Shown here piece after piece: positions 30,283 to 39,750 of a stretch of 51,651 bases of DNA. The stretch's first letter is position 1. Each line of letters starts with the position of its first letter. A program made the translations under genes and the position numbers. Origin of the DNA: a virus (Duplodnaviria; Caudoviricetes); the IMG/VR virus record IMGVR_UViG_3300030330_003470, positions 1 through 51,651 of that record. One strand, 5' to 3'. The notes beneath the pieces were generated by a model. It worked only from the letters and a program-made list of their open reading frames with translations, was not told where the DNA came from and searched no databases.

Positions 30283-31116
30283 TTATTTTTTTAATTTTTT
30301 TCTATTATCATGTAGATAATGTATTAATGATATTACTTCATCCTTTAAATAAGGAACTGGTATTTGAACTAAATCTTTTAATACAGGATCTCCTTGTTCT
30401 GTGTATTTAGTTATAGGATAACCATGCTCATCCTTACCTTCTTCTTCAAACTGAACATGATGAATATACATCGGACCAGGTCTTAGTTTAGGATTATGCT
30501 TTATTATAATATACATATAAATACTTAGTTGTAATGCATAATGATTAAAATTACAATCATCTAAATGATTAACAGGAAATCTCATTTTTTGAGAAATACC
30601 TTCCCAATCTTTCCAAGATTGCATTTTAATTTCTTTATTTGTTTTATAATCTATTATACTTACTTTACCTTCTACAACTTCAACTAAATCTGATTGCCCG
30701 CATATACCTGCTGACTTTAAATAAACCATATGTTCTGGATATACACCTGGATCTAATTTTTGTTTTGGTGCAACCTTAATACCTTTATCTTTTAAAATTG
30801 GACTAAACACTGGTACAGTAACTCCATTTCTTTCTATTGATGCCAAAGAACATAAATCATCTTCTCTTTGATTGTGATAAAATGTTCCAAGAGACATAGC
30901 TCTCTCAGATTCCTTTTTCCAAACATCTTGAATTTTTTTAGGAGTCATTCCGTACCACTTAGAGTTTTTTCTTTTAGATACTTTTTGAGCAATTTTTTTA
31001 GCATCAAAGGGTTCTTTAAAATAAGATGTTAAAGTTGTAACGCTTATCCATTCTATTAAATCTTTCTTATCTAAAGATTTATAACTGTGATCTTTTTCTG
31101 TAAATACTATACTCAT
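30283..31116 (-). CDS. PD-(D/E)XK (RecB/Cas4-like) nuclease, 277 aa
   Basis: ISVTT, GTFYH, GICGQSDLV...IIDYKTN, HYALQLSIY. Confidence 0.85.
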   Translation of the reverse strand: MSIVFTEKDHSYKSLDKKDLIEWISVTTLTSYFKEPFDAKKIAQKVSKRKNSKWYGMTPKKIQDVWKKESERAMSLGTFYHNQREDDLCSLASIERNGVTVPVFSPILKDKGIKVAPKQKLDPGVYPEHMVYLKSAGICGQSDLVEVVEGKVSIIDYKTNKEIKMQSWKDWEGISQKMRFPVNHLDDCNFNHYALQLSIYMYIIIKHNPKLRPGPMYIHHVQFEEEGKDEHGYPITKYTEQGDPVLKDLVQIPVPYLKDEVISLIHYLHDNRKKLKK

Positions 31117-31409
31117 AATTCTCCAAGTTTATCTTCATCTGATTCAGACATAAGAGGTGACCATTCTCCTATTGGACACTCTGCTGATAATGCTCTTGTT
31201 TTAAAAGCAAGTGAGCAGCCACAGTTTCCACAACATGGTTGTGTACCAGGAACTTCACACTTAGGTCCTTTTAAATCAATTTCATCACAAGCTTCGCATA
31301 TAGCCATTCTTTTTTGAGAAACATCCTCTACAAAGTTATCTCTTATAACAGAATTTTTAATACCTTCATAAATTTGCTTTCTATTTTCCCAAATCTTTTT
31401 TAAGTCCAT
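31113..31409 (-). CDS. Cys-rich Zn-binding protein, 98 aa
   Basis: RMAICEAC...CCGNCGCSLAFKTR...CPIGEW. Confidence 0.7.
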   Translation of the reverse strand: MDLKKIWENRKQIYEGIKNSVIRDNFVEDVSQKRMAICEACDEIDLKGPKCEVPGTQPCCGNCGCSLAFKTRALSAECPIGEWSPLMSESDEDKLGEL

Positions 31410-31764
31410 TTTTATTATTTTTAAATTCTTCTTTTCTTTTCTTTTCTAATTCAATCTGTTCACTAATAGAATGTAAAAATTCTATCTTTTCTTCTAACAT
31501 TTTCTTATTATAATATGCTGAATAAGTAGAAGTGTCATGATTTTCTAAATATTTCTTAAACTTCGGAATTGCTTTTTTTATAGCTCTATCTCTAGCAATA
31601 AACAAACCTAAGCCTGTAATATTTATTCTTGGATGATATAACTCACTTAATAATGTTCTTACATTTTTATAATAAAAATCAACTAAACATTCTACAAGAT
31701 CCTTAGATATATCTTTTTCTTCTGATATTTCTTGATATAATGCGGTACCTTTTTTTGGTTTCAT
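31381..31764 (-). CDS. HU/IHF-like DNA-binding protein, 127 aa
   Basis: Helix-helix region then INITGLGLF, matching the HU/IHF beta motif. Confidence 0.55.
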   Translation of the reverse strand: MKPKKGTALYQEISEEKDISKDLVECLVDFYYKNVRTLLSELYHPRINITGLGLFIARDRAIKKAIPKFKKYLENHDTSTYSAYYNKKMLEEKIEFLHSISEQIELEKKRKEEFKNNKNGLKKDLGK

Positions 31765-32120
31765 TTAGCAAGAAAATTATAATCTAAAAAAATAGAACCT
31801 AATGTTTCTATTTTTACTTTGTTACTAATTTTAATAAGTTTTTTATTTTTAGAATCTCTTTCTATTAAATTATTTTTAATACACTTATTAATGCAATTTC
31901 TTACAGTCTGTTGAGACTTAAAAATTTTATGCTCATCTGAAGCATCATAACAAAAGTGAGTAATTTCTATAGGATCTAAAGTACTAAGTAATGTTAAACA
32001 ATCAAGATCAGAATTACTCACCGTTATTTTATTAAGATAACAGTGAGTAATCAATTGAAATTTAATAATATCTTTTCTAGACATTATTACTTTTTTCTGA
32101 ACTCGTTTTACAATTGCCAT
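31761..32120 (-). CDS. Winged-helix-like DNA-binding protein, 119 aa
   Basis: SQQTVRNCINKCIKNNLIER helix-wing pattern. Confidence 0.5.
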   Translation of the reverse strand: MAIVKRVQKKVIMSRKDIIKFQLITHCYLNKITVSNSDLDCLTLLSTLDPIEITHFCYDASDEHKIFKSQQTVRNCINKCIKNNLIERDSKNKKLIKISNKVKIETLGSIFLDYNFLAK

Positions 32121-32404
32121 TATGCAGTTTCTTTTTTAAGAGTTCTTTTTTTCTTAGCAGCTGTTTGAACAGGTTCTGGCATAGGTGCCCCTTGTTCTTG
32201 TTCAAAATCTTCAGGTGGCGCCATCATTTGTGCATATGCCATTTGAATTTGAGTTCTTTTAAGTCTCATCTCATCAATTTCTGAAAGCATTTTTTCATAT
32301 TCAAACTGAGCTTCTAAATAAGGCATTGATTCTTTGTAGAACTTAAGCATTTCTTCTTTCTTTGCTTTTAATTCTTCTGGAGATAAATTTTCTGGATTTT
32401 CCAT
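32120..32404 (-). CDS. Coiled-coil hypothetical protein, ~94 aa
   Basis: Start moved to MENPENLS because the 32437 start overlaps the TATATTTG promoter element. Confidence 0.65.
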   Translation of the reverse strand: MENPENLSPEELKAKKEEMLKFYKESMPYLEAQFEYEKMLSEIDEMRLKRTQIQMAYAQMMAPPEDFEQEQGAPMPEPVQTAAKKKRTLKKETA

Positions 32405-32465
32405 TGGTTTATTTTTTAAATTTAACCAAATATACAAATAAAGTTTAAACTATAGAAGTTTAAAT

Positions 32466-32497
32466 AAAAAAACCTAGATAATTAAACCTAGGTTCTT
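32466..32497 (-). terminator. Intrinsic terminator after the amidase gene
   Basis: Minus strand aacctagg-tttaatta-tctaggtt followed by a T run. Confidence 0.7.
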
Positions 32498-32524
32498 TAA
32501 TTTATAGATTATGAACGGAAATAT

Positions 32525-33229
32525 TTATACCTTACCTTCAGCTTCTACTTGCTGAATCATTTCAAAATGTATTTTAGCTATTCTATCCCTTCCTTCTTCA
32601 GATAAAAGATATTTATGACAGTTGTCATAATTAGTCATAAAAAAGTTTTCAGATAGTATAGCAGGCATAGAAGTGTTTACTAATACATAAAAGTTTGATT
32701 CTTTATCAGGATCACCATCAGTAGTATCCTTTCTCATGTATTCACCTTTAAACTCTCTCATAGCTTTTTCAAATAGTATTGTAGCTATGTCATCTGATTT
32801 AGTTTTACCTGGAGAAGTATATACAGACCATCCATTAGCAGACTCTTTATCAAATCCATTAGCATGTATACTTACGTATATACACTTTTTATCTGATGAT
32901 TTAGCTAGATTATTAGCTGATCTAACTCTATCTCCTAAACTTACATCCTCTTGAGTATCTACAAGATTAACATAATCAATGTTATTAGCTTCACAAAGTT
33001 TTACTAATCTATCTACTATACCTCTATTAAACTCTCCTTCATAAAGGATAGAACCATCATCCCAAACAGGAGATCTTTTACCAGCAGTTTGATAAACACC
33101 GTCTATAATACCTCCATGACCATTATCAAATAACCAAAGATACTTTGACTCTTGAGATCCAGCAGATTTAATTGATAAGTCAAATTGTGCATTACAATTT
33201 GGACATGTTATAATTTTCTCCATAACCAT
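32525..33229 (-). CDS. N-acetylmuramoyl-L-alanine amidase (Amidase_3) endolysin
   Basis: DNGHG, E, VSIHAN, FYVL...PAILSENFFM catalytic motifs. Confidence 0.92.
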   Translation of the reverse strand: MVMEKIITCPNCNAQFDLSIKSAGSQESKYLWLFDNGHGGIIDGVYQTAGKRSPVWDDGSILYEGEFNRGIVDRLVKLCEANNIDYVNLVDTQEDVSLGDRVRSANNLAKSSDKKCIYVSIHANGFDKESANGWSVYTSPGKTKSDDIATILFEKAMREFKGEYMRKDTTDGDPDKESNFYVLVNTSMPAILSENFFMTNYDNCHKYLLSEEGRDRIAKIHFEMIQQVEAEGKV

Positions 33230-33300
33230 CTAATTAATGTAGGTAGAGTATACATTAGTATAAATATAAAACATATTGCTCCTAATGATATTACCCCATT

Positions 33301-33534
33301 CTATTTTCTTTTTCTAATTTTAGTTAATTTATCAATAGAAGTTAATCCTAATGATCCAAATGCAAATAATGCTACTGCATCTACCAGATACTCAGCTGGT
33401 TTAATATCACCATGAGTAAATGTATTTGCTACCAAAGAAGTTACTAATGCTAGTACACATAGTAATCCTCCTAATCTCTTAGATGAATAATGTCCAGTTT
33501 CATCACTTAATAGTTCTTTAAAAAACGTTTTCAT
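33301..33534 (-). CDS. Holin-like membrane protein (2 TM), 77 aa
   Basis: SSKR motif, two hydrophobic segments and a basic tail; lies next to the endolysin. Confidence 0.65.
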   Translation of the reverse strand: MKTFFKELLSDETGHYSSKRLGGLLCVLALVTSLVANTFTHGDIKPAEYLVDAVALFAFGSLGLTSIDKLTKIRKRK

Positions 33535-33986
33535 ATCTTTTTTTTTATAAAGTTAAAAATTCTGTAACCTATGTAAAGTAAAGAAGCAATAACAAAAATT
33601 AATATAGACCAGTTAAGCACCCTTTTCCATGTAGGAGTTTTTTCATAATATCTTACTGGTATTTTTCTTTCTATTATTTTTTCAACTGTTACTGTGTCAC
33701 ATTTACCGCTAACAAATACTGAATCATGTATTGTATCATGATATATCTGTACAGTTAGTCTTTCTTTTTGTATAATTAAAGTATCCTTTCTGATTTCTGT
33801 AAAAAAATGATTTGAGAATATAGTGTCATGTTTTACTTCAGGAACAGTAATTGCAACTGTATCATGAACTAATACACTATCAGTAGTTAACAAATGTGGA
33901 TGTTTTTCTATTAACCTTGTAAACCTTCGTTGAGGGGTGCAGGCAAATAGACCTACTATTGCTAGTACAAAAAGGATTCTTATCAT
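33531..33986 (-). CDS. Lipoprotein with C-terminal TM (unimolecular-spanin-like), 151 aa
   Basis: Signal peptide with lipobox LFAC, beta-rich DT/DS repeats and a C-terminal TM (WSILIFVIASLLYIGY); inside the lysis cassette. Confidence 0.65.
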   Translation of the reverse strand: MIRILFVLAIVGLFACTPQRRFTRLIEKHPHLLTTDSVLVHDTVAITVPEVKHDTIFSNHFFTEIRKDTLIIQKERLTVQIYHDTIHDSVFVSGKCDTVTVEKIIERKIPVRYYEKTPTWKRVLNWSILIFVIASLLYIGYRIFNFIKKKI

Positions 33987-34276
33987 TTACTTTTAATTGC
34001 ATGAATGGCTTCAATAATTTCTATTTTCATTTTAGCCATATCATCTCTCAAATCTGTAATAGATTTTTCTTGCTTTTCTCTATTAGATTCAACCTTATCT
34101 TTAAGATCATCTACTCTCTTATGTATAACTGTTAAATCTTTTTGTAAGTTATCTAAAACCATCTGTTGTATTGCCACTTTATTTTTTAAAGTAAACCAAA
34201 CTGTTAATGCCCCCACTAAAGCTGAGAGTATTGATAACAAAGCATCAAAACCCACTTGCATGTTTGAAATTTCCAT
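33983..34276 (-). CDS. Membrane protein (one TM + coiled coil; holin/antiholin-like), ~97 aa
   Basis: Start moved to MEISNMQ, downstream of the promoter motif at 34308-34315. Confidence 0.6.
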   Translation of the reverse strand: MEISNMQVGFDALLSILSALVGALTVWFTLKNKVAIQQMVLDNLQKDLTVIHKRVDDLKDKVESNREKQEKSITDLRDDMAKMKIEIIEAIHAIKSK

Positions 34277-34361
34277 TCTCTTTTGTATAAATAATAAACA
34301 TATAACTATAATATACAAAAAATATTTAATATAGCAGAAAATATGTAGACTTAATTAAAGT

Positions 34362-35252
34362 TTATAAAGGAAATTTACAAGAATCTACTTGTCTGTCAAA
34401 CCTATCTTGTTTATTAGTTCTTACTCTTTTGTAATCTATAGTAAGCACTCTACCTCCTGTAGGTTTAATTGGAGCTCCACGTTCTACATGCCACCCTTTT
34501 GAACCTGAACCATATTCCTCTTTGTAAGTTCCTGTTAACATCATATGCAATTGTTTCTGATTATTTCTATAATTAGATCCTCCCTGCACACAAACATCTC
34601 TTACATCATTTCTAGCTGCATTTTCATGTATATGACCCATTGTAAATACATCAAAGTCTTCATACATTTCTAGAGCTCTTGTTAAGTTTAAAGCACCTTT
34701 AGTAACTACACCTCCTCCACCAGAACCATGAAAATATTTTATTTTAATAATACCAGTAGAATCAGGACTTTTTAACTTCTTTCTTACTGCTTGGTTTATT
34801 ACAAGCCATCCACCATAACCTCCTACTTGCACATTTGTATTATTTTTTAGATTAAGCATTTTAACAAATCTAGCTAGTATGTCAGTTTCTTGCCATTTAA
34901 TAATAGCAGTCTCATGATTTCCGTAACCTATAACCGTAAGAAGATGAGCATAAGGACTCCACCATTCTACGGCTGTTTCTACAATTGAATCTAAATATTT
35001 AGCATTATTATGTTCTGGTCTTATATCTGATTTGTTTCTTCTGTTATCACCTCTACCTTGCATTAAACAAAAGAAATCTCCATTAACCATAATAGGTATT
35101 GAGTTGTCCAAGCAAAAATCTAAATTATTCTTTAGTAGTTTCCTATCACATTTTGGATTGTCCCAGTGTATATCGGATAGCATAGCTATTTTTACCCTGG
35201 AACCATCTAATTTTATTTCATGAATGTTTTCACTGTGTTTAATTATTTTCAT
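34362..35252 (-). CDS. Calcineurin-like metallophosphoesterase, 296 aa
   Basis: SDIH, NGD, GNHE, FHG and GHIH motifs. Confidence 0.88.
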   Translation of the reverse strand: MKIIKHSENIHEIKLDGSRVKIAMLSDIHWDNPKCDRKLLKNNLDFCLDNSIPIMVNGDFFCLMQGRGDNRRNKSDIRPEHNNAKYLDSIVETAVEWWSPYAHLLTVIGYGNHETAIIKWQETDILARFVKMLNLKNNTNVQVGGYGGWLVINQAVRKKLKSPDSTGIIKIKYFHGSGGGGVVTKGALNLTRALEMYEDFDVFTMGHIHENAARNDVRDVCVQGGSNYRNNQKQLHMMLTGTYKEEYGSGSKGWHVERGAPIKPTGGRVLTIDYKRVRTNKQDRFDRQVDSCKFPL

Positions 35253-35257
35253 AATTT

Positions 35258-35533
35258 TTATGTTTCTTCAACTTCAGGTTCTGGTGGTGTCCATACTTCT
35301 GAAGATAAAAGTTCTATCATCTCTTGATGAGTATATAGACCATCAGGTATAACCGTACCATCTGCAATAAAATCAGGTTCAATGTCCCATTTTAATACAA
35401 ATTGAGTAGGTGGATCTAGAAGATTTTTTCTAATAGTGTCTGCAGAAGTTTCTCCTACTTGAGAAAAATCTACTTTAGATAAATCTTCTATTCTTATTGT
35501 TGCATATACTTTACTTGCTGCCCTAGAATTCAT
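35258..35533 (-). CDS. Hypothetical protein, 91 aa
   Basis: VDFSQVGETSADTIRK...YTHQEMIELLSSEVWT; lies next to the LamG gene. Confidence 0.7.
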   Translation of the reverse strand: MNSRAASKVYATIRIEDLSKVDFSQVGETSADTIRKNLLDPPTQFVLKWDIEPDFIADGTVIPDGLYTHQEMIELLSSEVWTPPEPEVEET

Positions 35534-35543
35534 ATTTTTTTAT

Positions 35544-36353
35544 TTAAGTAGGAACATCAGCTTCTCTATCAGCTTCATCCACATTATAAGTTCTAAGAGT
35601 TTTTGCTGTTCCCATTTCATCTGTTAAATCATAATGTTCATCTGCAGGATCTGCATTATCCCATACTGCATTTTCAGATCTCCACCAATGCGTGGGAACT
35701 GTAGAATGATCATTTAAATTAGTTGCTGCTCCTGAATTATATAAAATTGCTAACTCTGCTTGTGTAGCAGCATAACCCATAAAAATTGCAGGTTCATTTA
35801 TGTTACCTTCTATAGGTGCATTTTCTGCATAATTAGTTCCTAAATGTATATTTCCACTTGCGTTATAACTACCATTTTGAAAATTACTTTGATGAGGTGA
35901 AGGAACTGCCCCATTTACATAAATTTTTTGTCTTGAATATCTACCTAAAGTAGAATCATATACAACTGATATCATATACCAGTTTCCAGTAGTTACAGCA
36001 CCATTAGCACGAGACCAATTATTAGGAGTACCAGCTGTAAATGCTTGTAGTCTACCTGTTGAATTAACATAAAGATATGTTACTAATGCACCTCCAGGTT
36101 CACTTATATAGTATAAATACCTTGTACCTGGTAAAGAGTCAAATTTTACCCAAAGATTAATTGTCCATTTTGCAATTCCTGTAGTATCATCATGAGCTGT
36201 AAAAGTATCAAAAGTAACACTACTTTCTATAAACTCATCTACACCATCTAAGGCAAAGGAAGTAGTATCTTCAAATCCTGAAGAAGGAGGTGGAATGATA
36301 CTTGTGTTCGCATTTATCCCAAGAATTTTATTTGTGTTAATAGAAACAGGCAT
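35544..36353 (-). CDS. LamG / concanavalin-A-like lectin-fold protein, 269 aa
   Basis: LDGVDEFI, WTINLWVK, GNWYMISVVYD, KIYVNG, GNINEPAIF. Confidence 0.85.
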   Translation of the reverse strand: MPVSINTNKILGINANTSIIPPPSSGFEDTTSFALDGVDEFIESSVTFDTFTAHDDTTGIAKWTINLWVKFDSLPGTRYLYYISEPGGALVTYLYVNSTGRLQAFTAGTPNNWSRANGAVTTGNWYMISVVYDSTLGRYSRQKIYVNGAVPSPHQSNFQNGSYNASGNIHLGTNYAENAPIEGNINEPAIFMGYAATQAELAILYNSGAATNLNDHSTVPTHWWRSENAVWDNADPADEHYDLTDEMGTAKTLRTYNVDEADREADVPT

Positions 36354-36355
36354 AA

Positions 36356-37066
36356 TTATTCTACATAAATTATCAAAAGATCTCCTGCACCAACGCCTCC
36401 TGGATCAGCATTATAATTAAAACTACTAGTTGGAAATTTATTACCATTGCCACCTGCATCAAAGTTTACAGTCTCTCCTTGTCTAAGAATCACTCCATTA
36501 ACATTTGCATTGTTAGTAGCATCAGTGGTTGCATTATAAAAAGAAATTGATTTTATAACTTCTGTGCTCAATGTTACTAAAGCATTTGCTGTAGCTCTAA
36601 GAATTGTTGGTGTATTAGTACTATTTCTTAATGTATCTGTGTTAGTTTCAATATTAGCAGTATCAGCTAAAATACCTGAAGTATTAGTAGCTATATCCGC
36701 AGTATTTGTTTCATTTGCAGTTGCCTTAGTTAAAATATCTTGTAATGTAGCTTCTGTAGCATCACCTGATTCTAAATACGTTTTAGTACAAGCTGAATAA
36801 TCAGTAGGATCAGGATTAGTTTCTCCTGGTTCATAATACTTTATATTATCAAACTGACCTGTTGTAGCATCCCATACTCTCACTTCTAATCTAATAATTG
36901 CTGGAGTACCTGGAGGAGGACAAGCAATTGATACTAATTCTGCCTCATACTCTTTTCCATTAGTAGCAACAGATGCTGCTATCTTATCTAAACCTAACAA
37001 CATTCTATATTGCCAAGTCCAATTAGTCCCCTTTTGACCTTCTGTTTTTAAATTTCCTACTGACAT
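36356..37066 (-). CDS. Putative structural/fibre protein, 236 aa
   Basis: Contains a DATEATL motif and NT(A/S)xI heptad repeats. Confidence 0.55.
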   Translation of the reverse strand: MSVGNLKTEGQKGTNWTWQYRMLLGLDKIAASVATNGKEYEAELVSIACPPPGTPAIIRLEVRVWDATTGQFDNIKYYEPGETNPDPTDYSACTKTYLESGDATEATLQDILTKATANETNTADIATNTSGILADTANIETNTDTLRNSTNTPTILRATANALVTLSTEVIKSISFYNATTDATNNANVNGVILRQGETVNFDAGGNGNKFPTSSFNYNADPGGVGAGDLLIIYVE

Positions 37067-37076
37067 ATTTTATTTT

Positions 37077-38000
37077 TTAATAAATTTTAGCACCTACGTT
37101 AAATGCTGGTTGACCTCCAGACGTATAATTATTTACAGCTGTTATAACTAAATATTGATCTATTGTCCAGTCAATTGCAAAAGTATCAATAGAATCTAAT
37201 GTTTGAAAAGAAGAACCGTTTTCAGTTTCAGAATCTGGATCTTGACCAGATGTAAATGTAGGCTCAACATAAAAATCTCTACTTACTGTCATTCCTCTAG
37301 AGGTTGCAGCCATTTTGTGAGTAGCAATCCTTACAAATGTACCTGATAAAGTTGTTGCATCTGAAATATATATTTTTACAGAACATACTCCTCCTGGAAA
37401 AACTACACCTTTATAAAAAAATGCTTTATAACTCCAAACATCTCCTGAAGAAAATGTATTTGCAGGAATAAGTATGTAATTTAAAATAACTTGTGATGTA
37501 CTAGTACCTGTACCTGTTCTGTTAACTACAGAAGCGCTAAACCCTGATCCAGGAACTCCTTGTGGTCCTTGTAAGCCTTGTAATGCTAAGAAAGACCAGT
37601 TAGCTGTATCTACTGATGGATCAGAACCACCTGAACCAACAGCATTAGTACATACATAACTAGATCCACTAAAGAATGCTACGTCATCTTGTGCATAAGC
37701 ATTGGTTGTATCCCAGTTACCTGTAAAGTTTAATCCTGCTGCACCTACTGCACCTGGTACACCTTGAATACCTTGAGGTCCTTGTGCACCTGCAGGTCCT
37801 GTAGCACCAGGAGGTCCTTGAGGAGCATTTAAAGCAATCTGCGTTTCAAGATCTTTAAATGTAATAGCAGTATCTTGATATTCAGACTTATTAACAGCAT
37901 CTCTTGTACCAACAGGTATCATATCATTATCCTCAAGAGTGCTCTTCACCCTCCCATTTTTAATGATGTTAAAAAAGTTACTTATGTTTCTTAATGACAT
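37077..38000 (-). CDS. Collagen-like (Gly-X-Y) fibre protein, 307 aa
   Basis: GPPGATGPAGAQGPQGIQGVPG repeats interrupted by a WDTTNAYAQDDVAFFSGSSYVC module. Confidence 0.8.
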   Translation of the reverse strand: MSLRNISNFFNIIKNGRVKSTLEDNDMIPVGTRDAVNKSEYQDTAITFKDLETQIALNAPQGPPGATGPAGAQGPQGIQGVPGAVGAAGLNFTGNWDTTNAYAQDDVAFFSGSSYVCTNAVGSGGSDPSVDTANWSFLALQGLQGPQGVPGSGFSASVVNRTGTGTSTSQVILNYILIPANTFSSGDVWSYKAFFYKGVVFPGGVCSVKIYISDATTLSGTFVRIATHKMAATSRGMTVSRDFYVEPTFTSGQDPDSETENGSSFQTLDSIDTFAIDWTIDQYLVITAVNNYTSGGQPAFNVGAKIY

Positions 38001-38010
38001 TTTTTAAATA

Positions 38011-38223
38011 TTAATCATGCACAATATGCAATTCACTAGTACCAGTCTTTCTAAAAAAGTCTCCTTTTTTAAGACCAGCAGCTTTAGCAGCTGCATTATT
38101 AGCATATTCATTATTGTTCATTTGGTGTAACATATGATTAATATGTCCAAATTTAGTTTGACCCATATCATTATTCTCTTTTAAATATGGATCTGGTGAT
38201 TCTATTATAAATTTTTCTGGCAT
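38011..38223 (-). CDS. Hypothetical protein, 70 aa
   Basis: EYANNAAAKAAGLKKGDFFR, a motif I recall from phage fibre-associated proteins. Confidence 0.65.
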   Translation of the reverse strand: MPEKFIIESPDPYLKENNDMGQTKFGHINHMLHQMNNNEYANNAAAKAAGLKKGDFFRKTGTSELHIVHD

Positions 38224-38243
38224 AATTTTTATTTTTAATTACT

Positions 38244-38957
38244 TTATGATTCTACTTTATTTTGAGCACTAGTTGCAAGTGCTGTATCTATAGCTAGTCT
38301 TCTTTCTTCTTCTTGTGCTCTATCACGAGTAATTTGATTAAGCTTGATCTCTATATTGTCTGGAATATCTCCTATTAGATATGTTTCAGGTTCTTCTCCT
38401 GGTTTAGAAGTTACAGGAAGTACAAGTATTGTTTCTGTATAAAAAGGACCCTCAACATCTGCAGCAGGAGATACTACTATTTTTAATGTAGTTGCCTCAA
38501 GATTAGCAGGAGGCCAATCTCCTCCAAAAACATCTCTTGTATCAAGTACACCATTACTAATACCTTGTCCTACTATTACATCTTCGCTAGTCTCTTCTTC
38601 TTCACATGCACCTTCTAAAGGTGGTGTCATTTCTATAGCTGCAAAAAACGCTAAGGCACTATCTTCTGCTACACCTGCAGCTGCAAGAGCTGAAGCAAAC
38701 TGACATGCTGTATTAACAGAATCATTCTCTGTCCATGTTGGATATGCTGAAGTCATTGGTGCAAGTATATCATCAGCTCCTGGTGGCTCTTCTACATTCC
38801 ATATATTGTAACAAGCCATAATTGTTACTGGATCAAATTCTTGATATTCTGAAGCATCTCCTTCAGGTTTTTGGTAAAACGCAGATACCTGCATATATCC
38901 ACTAGCTAAACCTGTAAGTGGCGTATCTACTTTATTTAATATTTTTATTTTTGACAT
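38244..38957 (-). CDS. Acidic hypothetical protein, 237 aa
   Basis: ORF track; A-rich leader. Confidence 0.7.
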   Translation of the reverse strand: MSKIKILNKVDTPLTGLASGYMQVSAFYQKPEGDASEYQEFDPVTIMACYNIWNVEEPPGADDILAPMTSAYPTWTENDSVNTACQFASALAAAGVAEDSALAFFAAIEMTPPLEGACEEEETSEDVIVGQGISNGVLDTRDVFGGDWPPANLEATTLKIVVSPAADVEGPFYTETILVLPVTSKPGEEPETYLIGDIPDNIEIKLNQITRDRAQEEERRLAIDTALATSAQNKVES

Positions 38958-38981
38958 GATGTTTTATTTAAACTTTTAATT

Positions 38982-39584
38982 TTAATTTATTTCTAATTCT
39001 ACAGTTGCTCCCTTTTGTACAGCAAACTTAAAATCAAGATGTACTGTTGCTTCCCAATCAGCTGTATGTAAACCGACAACCTTTACAATATTTTCTGTAA
39101 CAGGTGCAGCATCATTATATACTGTAAGGTACATCAATGTTCCTGTATCAGTTGCTCCTGTAGCAGCAAGTGTAATCAATGTACCTGCATTAGCTAGTGG
39201 TGTACGATCTACAGTAACTCCACCATCTAAAGCAGATATTAAACTAGAATCTTCAATAAGTTTTATTGCTTGACCTTCTGAGACATTTATTGTTCCCATT
39301 CCTTGAGTAACTACATAACTTGGTCCTACTAACGCAGGATTTAAAAGTTTTTCTCCTTGATATTTCCAAACATCATGTTCAACTCCATCTACAACATATG
39401 ATTCGTTCTCACACTTTTGAATGAAGCAAGCTCCGTCAGTAGTTCCTGAAACAAGTTTTGAAGTAGTTCTTAAACCTAGATCTCTGAGGGTAAAATCAAT
39501 GCTTGTATTTAAGTATTGCCAAAGTTGCGTTCTTTTAGAAGCAAACTCTTTTAAAATTTTTGCTCTATATTCTGATAATGCCAT
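38982..39584 (-). CDS. Hypothetical (possibly structural) protein, ~200 aa
   Basis: Start moved to MALSEYRA, downstream of the promoter motif at 39612-39619. Confidence 0.65.
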   Translation of the reverse strand: MALSEYRAKILKEFASKRTQLWQYLNTSIDFTLRDLGLRTTSKLVSGTTDGACFIQKCENESYVVDGVEHDVWKYQGEKLLNPALVGPSYVVTQGMGTINVSEGQAIKLIEDSSLISALDGGVTVDRTPLANAGTLITLAATGATDTGTLMYLTVYNDAAPVTENIVKVVGLHTADWEATVHLDFKFAVQKGATVELEIN

Positions 39585-39679
39585 TTTTTTGTTTTTGATA
39601 AATATACAGTTATAATATAACAAAAATATTTAAGAAAAAAAAGTGTATGGTCTTATTTCTACTTTCATAATTTAATTTT

Positions 39680-39714
39680 AAAAAAAGACCCTTCAGTAGA
39701 TAAACTCAAGGGTC
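39680..39714 (-). terminator. Intrinsic terminator
   Basis: Minus strand gacccttgag...tgaagggtc followed by a T run. Confidence 0.7.
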
Positions 39715-39750
39715 ATAAACAATACCTTGGGAGGCGGTTAAGATATTGTT

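Noticed and set aside
30283-31116. Cas4-like nuclease as evidence of a CRISPR system
   Set aside because: There is no repeat-spacer array or other cas gene, and standalone PD-(D/E)XK nucleases are common in phages.
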